The notes under the pieces were generated by a model that ran no database searches, was not told the DNA's origin, and worked only from the letters and a program-made list of their open reading frames with translations. Shown one piece after another: positions 59,601-64,000 of a stretch of 64,000 nt of DNA (positions are counted from its first letter, which is position 1; every line of letters starts with the position of its first letter). The position numbers and the translations under genes are program-made. The stretch spans positions 467,543-531,542 of the forward strand of contig CAWGBU010000008.1 in NCBI GenBank assembly GCA_963820905.1, written 5' to 3'. Source of the stretch: an uncultured Acidobacteriota bacterium. GTDB lineage: Bacteria > Acidobacteriota > Vicinamibacteria > Vicinamibacterales > 2-12-FULL-66-21.

Positions 59601-62600
59601 CCCGGCGAGCGCCACGCCGGGGACGACGTTCTCATACACGTTGGTCGTGACGAACACCGGGCCCAACGAGGCTGCCGCGGTCACCGTCGCCGATGTCACG
59701 CCGCCGGGCCTCACGTTCGTGAGCACCGCCGGCGCGTGCACGACACCGTTTCCCTGCGTCCTGGGGACCCTGGCCTCCGGCCAGAGCGCCGCGTTCGTGG
59801 CGACCTTCGCGGTCCCCGCCGGCTATACGACGCCGAACCCGATCGTCAATACCGCGTCCGTCAGTAGCCCGACCAGCGATCCCAACCCCACGAACAACTC
59901 CGCGACGAGCACCACGCCAATCGGCCCATCCAGAGCAGATCTCGCCATCACGAAGAGCCGGCCGGTGCGGCGCACTCTGGGTGCCACCCTGGACTACACG
60001 ATCGTCGTCACGAATCACGGTCCCAGCGACGCCCCGGACGCGACCGTTACCGATCCGACGCCGGCGGGCTTGACCTTCGTCAGCAACACCGGCGCGTGCA
60101 CCACGACGTTCCCCTGCGCGCTCGGGCCGATTCCCGCCGGTCAGAGCCGGATGATCACCACTAACTTCCTGGTGCCGTCGGGCTACACGGGTCCGGATCC
60201 CATCGTGAACACGGCCACCGTGAGCAGCACGGCGGCTGATCCCGATCCCGGCAACAACACGGCGACGGCCTCGACGGCGGTCGGGCCGTTGTTCACCATC
60301 AATGTCGAGATCTCGAAGGCGGGCCCGGCGGGTATTACGCCCGGGCACAATCTTCTCTATTCGATCAACGTCAGCAACACCGGCACGCTCGACGCGACCG
60401 ACGTCACGGTGACGGACCCGACACCGGCCGGGTTGACGTTCGTCGGCAATGCCGGCGCCTGTACCACCCCATTTCCCTGTGCGCTGGGCATCGTCCCCGC
60501 GGGCCAGAGCCGCCAGATCACCACGACGTTTGCCGTGCCCCCCGGCTATGCCGGCCCCAGTCCCATCTCGAACACGTCGACCGTCACGACCACCGTGGCC
60601 GATGAGGATCCGACCGACAACCAGGCCACCGTGACGACGCCCGTCAATGCCGCGACGGCCGATCTGTCGATCGGGAAGCTCGGCCCGGCGAGCGTGACGG
60701 CGGGTGGGAACGTGACCTACACGATCCTCGTGCGTAACCACGGTCCCAGCGACGCGCCCGGTGTCTCGGTGTCCGACCCGACGCCGGCCGACCTGACGTT
60801 CGTGGGAAACACCGGCGATTGCACTACAGCGTTTCCGTGCGCACTCGGCGCGCTTTCCGCCGGGCAGACACGGACGATCGTGTCGACGTTCCTGGTCCCA
60901 ACGGCATACGGCGCGGCCTCGATCCTCAATACGGCGAGCGTGACCACGACGGTGGCGGATGGAGATAGCTCCAACAACAGCGCGAGCGTGACGACGGCCG
61001 TCGTGCCGCCGTCGGCGGACCTGTCGATCGCGAAGGCCGGCCCGGCGAGCGCTACGCCGGGGACGACGTTCTCATACACGGTGGTCGTGACGAACACCGG
61101 GCCCAACGAGGCCGCCGCGGTCACCGTCGCCGATGTCACGCCGCCGGGCCTCACGTTCGTGAACACCACCGGCGCGTGCACGACACCGTTTCCGTGCGCC
61201 CTGGGGACGCTGGCCTCCGGCCAGAGCGCCGCGATCGTGGCGACGTTCATGGTACCCGCCGGCTATACGACGCCGAACCCGATCGTGAACACCGCGACCG
61301 TCAGCAGCCAGACGAACGATCCTAACTCTACGAACAACTCGGCGACGAGCACGACACCAATCGGTCCGCCGAGAGCAGATCTCGCGATCACGAAGGGCCG
61401 GCCGGTGCGGCGCGAGTTGGGCGCCAACCTGGATTACGCGATCGTCGTGACGAATCACGGTCCGAGCGATGTCCCGGACGCGACTGTTGCCGATCCGACA
61501 CCGGCGGGGTTGACCTTCATCAGCAACATCGGCGCGTGCGCGACGGCGTACCCTTGCGCGCTCGGACCGATTCCCGCGGGCCAGAGCCGGATGATCACCA
61601 CGACCTTCCTGGTGCCGTCGGGCTACACGGGTCCGGATCCCGTCGTCAACACGGCCACCGTGAGCAGCACGGCAGCCGATCCTGATCTCACCAACAACTC
61701 GGCGATCGCGACGACCGCGATCGGGCCGTTGTTCACCGTCAACGTCGACATTTCGAAGGCGGGTCCGGCGAGTGTGACGCCCGGGAACGATCTCGTCTAT
61801 GCGATTACCGTCAGCAACACCGGCACGCTCGACGCGACAGACGTGACGGTGACGGACCCGACACCGGACGGGTTGACCTTCGTCGGCAATGCCGGCGACT
61901 GCACCACCCCATTTCCCTGTGCGCTGGGCACCGTCCCGGCGGGCCAGAGCCGCCAGATCACCACCACCTTTGCGGTGCCGTCCGGCTATGCCGGCGCCAA
62001 TCCCATCTCGAACACGTCGATCGTCACGACCACCGTGGCCGATCAGGATATGACCGACAACCAGGCCACCGTCACGACGCCGGTCAACTCCATCCACCAA
62101 CCTGGCCATCACGAAGACAGGGTCCCGCGAGCGTGACGGCGGGCGCGAACGTGAGCTACGCGATCCTGGTGCGTAACCACGGGCCGAGCGACGCACTCTG
62201 GTGTCACGGTGACGGACCCGCCGCCGGCCGGCCTGACGTTCGTGGGCAACAGCCGGCGATTGCACGACGGCGTTTCCCTGCGCGCTCGGCACCGTGCCCG
62301 CCGGACAGACGCGGACGATCGTCTGCGACGTACCTGGTCCCGACCACTTACGGGGCGGCCTCGATCGTCAACACCGCCAGCGTGACGGCGACCGTGGCGG
62401 ATGGGGACAGCTCCGACAACAGCGCGAGCGTGACGACGGCTGTCGTGCCGCCGTCCGCGGACCTGCGAATCATCAAGAGCGGCGAAGCCGAAGCGCGTCC
62501 GGGCGACACGATCTCGTACCAGCTCACGGTCACCAACGCCGGCCCCGCAGCGGCGCAGGCCGTGACCGTCGACGATCCGGCACCGCCCGGACTGACGTTC

Positions 62601-64000
62601 GTCTCGAACACGGGCGACTGCACGACCGCGTTCCCCTGCAGCCTCGAGACATTGGCCTCCGGCCAGACGCGCACGATCACCGCCATTTTCACGGTCAACG
62701 CCACTGCCGCACCGGGCACCCTCGTCAACACAGCCACCGTGTCCGCCTCCACGATCGACCCGGTGGCGGCGAACAACACGTCTGAGTTCGCCACTGCGAT
62801 CAGCGACATCGCCCCTGCGGTTGCCGACCTGGAGTTGACCAAGACCGCGAGCACCGGCACCGTGCTGCCGGATGGCGCGATCACGTACGTGCTGGTCGCG
62901 ACCAATCTGGGTCCCGACGAGGCCAGCGACGTCCTGATCACGGACACCATTCCCCCAGTAGTCGCATTCGTCTCGGCCTCGCCGAGCCCTGGCGGAATCT
63001 GCGATGAGACGCAGTCTGCTCTGGGAGGGACGGTGAGGTGCGTCTGGTCGGGCCTGACGGCGATCGGCTCCGGACGGCGCGCGGTCGGTCAGGCTCGTCG
63101 TCCGTGTTCCGAGCGGTACCCCCGGGGGCACGAGCATCCTGAACACGGCCCAGGTGACGTCCGCGAGTTCCGACCCTGCGATGGGGAACAACTCCGCGTC
63201 CGCGCTCACCACCGTCTTCGACAGACTGTCGACGTCCGCGGACATCGAGGTTCAGAAGACGCTGTCCGTGGCCGCCGGCCCGACGGGATCCATGTGGGCC
63301 TCGGACAGCCGTTCGCATTCTCGATCAGGGTCCTGAACCACGGACCCGCGGACGCCACGGGGATCGTCGTCAACGACGCCCTGCCTGCGGGGATTCAGGT
63401 GGTGCAAGCCATGGCCGGCCAGGGTTCGTTCGACCTGCAGACTGGCGCCTGGAGCGTCGGAAGCCTGCCTCAAGGCGGCCTGGCGGATCTGCAGCTCGTC
63501 GTGGTGGCCGCGCATGCCGGTTCGTTTCAGAACACGGCCTCTCGGGTCGCGAGCGAGCCCATCGATCCGGACGCCGCAAACGACGTGTCATCCGTGAGCT
63601 TCATTGTCGGCCCGTCGACCGCCGTCACCTGCGACGTCGACGGCGATGGACTGCTTGAATTTGTTACCGGTGCCGGACCGGGCGGCGGGCCGCACGTGCG
63701 CGTGTGGCGCGTCGCCGGCGGCACCGTGAGTGAAACCGTCGGGTCGGGCTTCTGGGCGTACGACGCGGCGTTTCCCGGTGGCGTGTTCGTGGCCTGCGGC
63801 GACGTGACGGGCGACGGCATTGCCGAAATCATCACGGGCGCCGGGCCGGGCGGTGGGCCTCACGTGCGCGTGGCGAGCGTCATCGGCGGCGTCATCACGG
63901 AACTCTTCGGGCACGGGTTCTTCGCCTACGATCCGGCGTTTCCCGGCGGTGTGTCGGTGGCTGTCGGCGATGTGACGGGTGACGGCATTGCCGAGATCGT
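56647..64000 (+). pseudogene. giant repetitive surface/adhesin-like protein: signal peptide, CSLREA-type parallel beta-helix, 15 DUF11-type domains and FG-GAP repeats; at least 15 frame breaks; 3' end outside the window
   Basis: The ATG at 56647 gives 'MNRTAAFTLVAFLLAFGHASA'. 'GQGSLRQAILDAN' is followed by NxxxGN-type beta-helix turns. DUF11-like units repeat ('[11 protein letters not shown]....[36 protein letters not shown]...AGQS'). The end reads 'DVDGDGLLEFVTGAGPGGGPHVRVW' (FG-GAP). The longest intact piece is 58735..62136. Confidence 0.7.
58131..62455 (+). repeat. coding super-repeat: three tandem copies of a ~1.44-kb unit, each encoding four distinct DUF11-type domains
   Basis: The anchor 'gggccgttgttcacc' occurs at 58846, 60283 and 61723. 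The anchor 'ctgtcgatcgcgaag' occurs at 59581 and 61021. Domain order C-D-A-B repeats three times. Three unique DUF11 domains follow (62455-63600). Confidence 0.85.

Noticed and set aside
58131-63600. Regularly spaced repeats that might be mistaken for a CRISPR array
   Set aside because: The periods are ~345 nt and ~1.44 kb. The repeats are long, divergent and translate into DUF11-type protein domains. There are no short direct repeats with unique spacers and no cas genes.

Overview
GC-rich (about two-thirds G+C by eye, not computed) bacterial chromosomal segment. Several genes suggest an Acidobacteriota-like soil organism (inference): a PadR regulator next to an ADOP-type duplicated FtsX/MacB permease, a ~1,300-aa CarboxypepD_reg-type TonB-dependent receptor, a VWFA-type secreted protein, two ECF sigma modules and two winged-helix/TPR regulators. 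About 50 protein genes are supportable. They include housekeeping genes (ndk, dcd, Sir2 deacetylase, L-serine dehydratase), an Mla/MCE-like lipid ABC transporter operon, envelope glycosyltransferases and signalling genes. I recognised no rRNA, tRNA, CRISPR array, transposase, integrase, phage gene or known defence system. Five things stand out. (1) Three structured intergenic repeat elements sit directly after stop codons. Two are inverted arrays of tandem heptamers, and in one of them every stem mismatch becomes a G-U pair on the transcribed strand. (2) A surface-protein gene longer than 7.3 kb combines a beta-helix domain, 15 DUF11-type domains and FG-GAP repeats. It is organised as a ~1.44-kb four-domain super-repeat and runs off the 3' end of the window. 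(3) The window has at least 21 reading-frame breaks: six in conserved single-copy genes and at least 15 in the giant gene. Most behave as single-base insertions, which points to sequence-quality problems (inference), although real gene decay is not excluded. (4) The L-serine dehydratase carries a twin-arginine-type N-terminal extension and lies next to a porin gene. (5) Smaller oddities include a truncated class D beta-lactamase, a 340-nt convergent overlap of dcd with a membrane-protein gene, and an arginase-family protein with a changed metal-ligand motif. Start codons were chosen by eye and several have alternatives. All product calls rest on motif recognition in the supplied translations, not on database searches.
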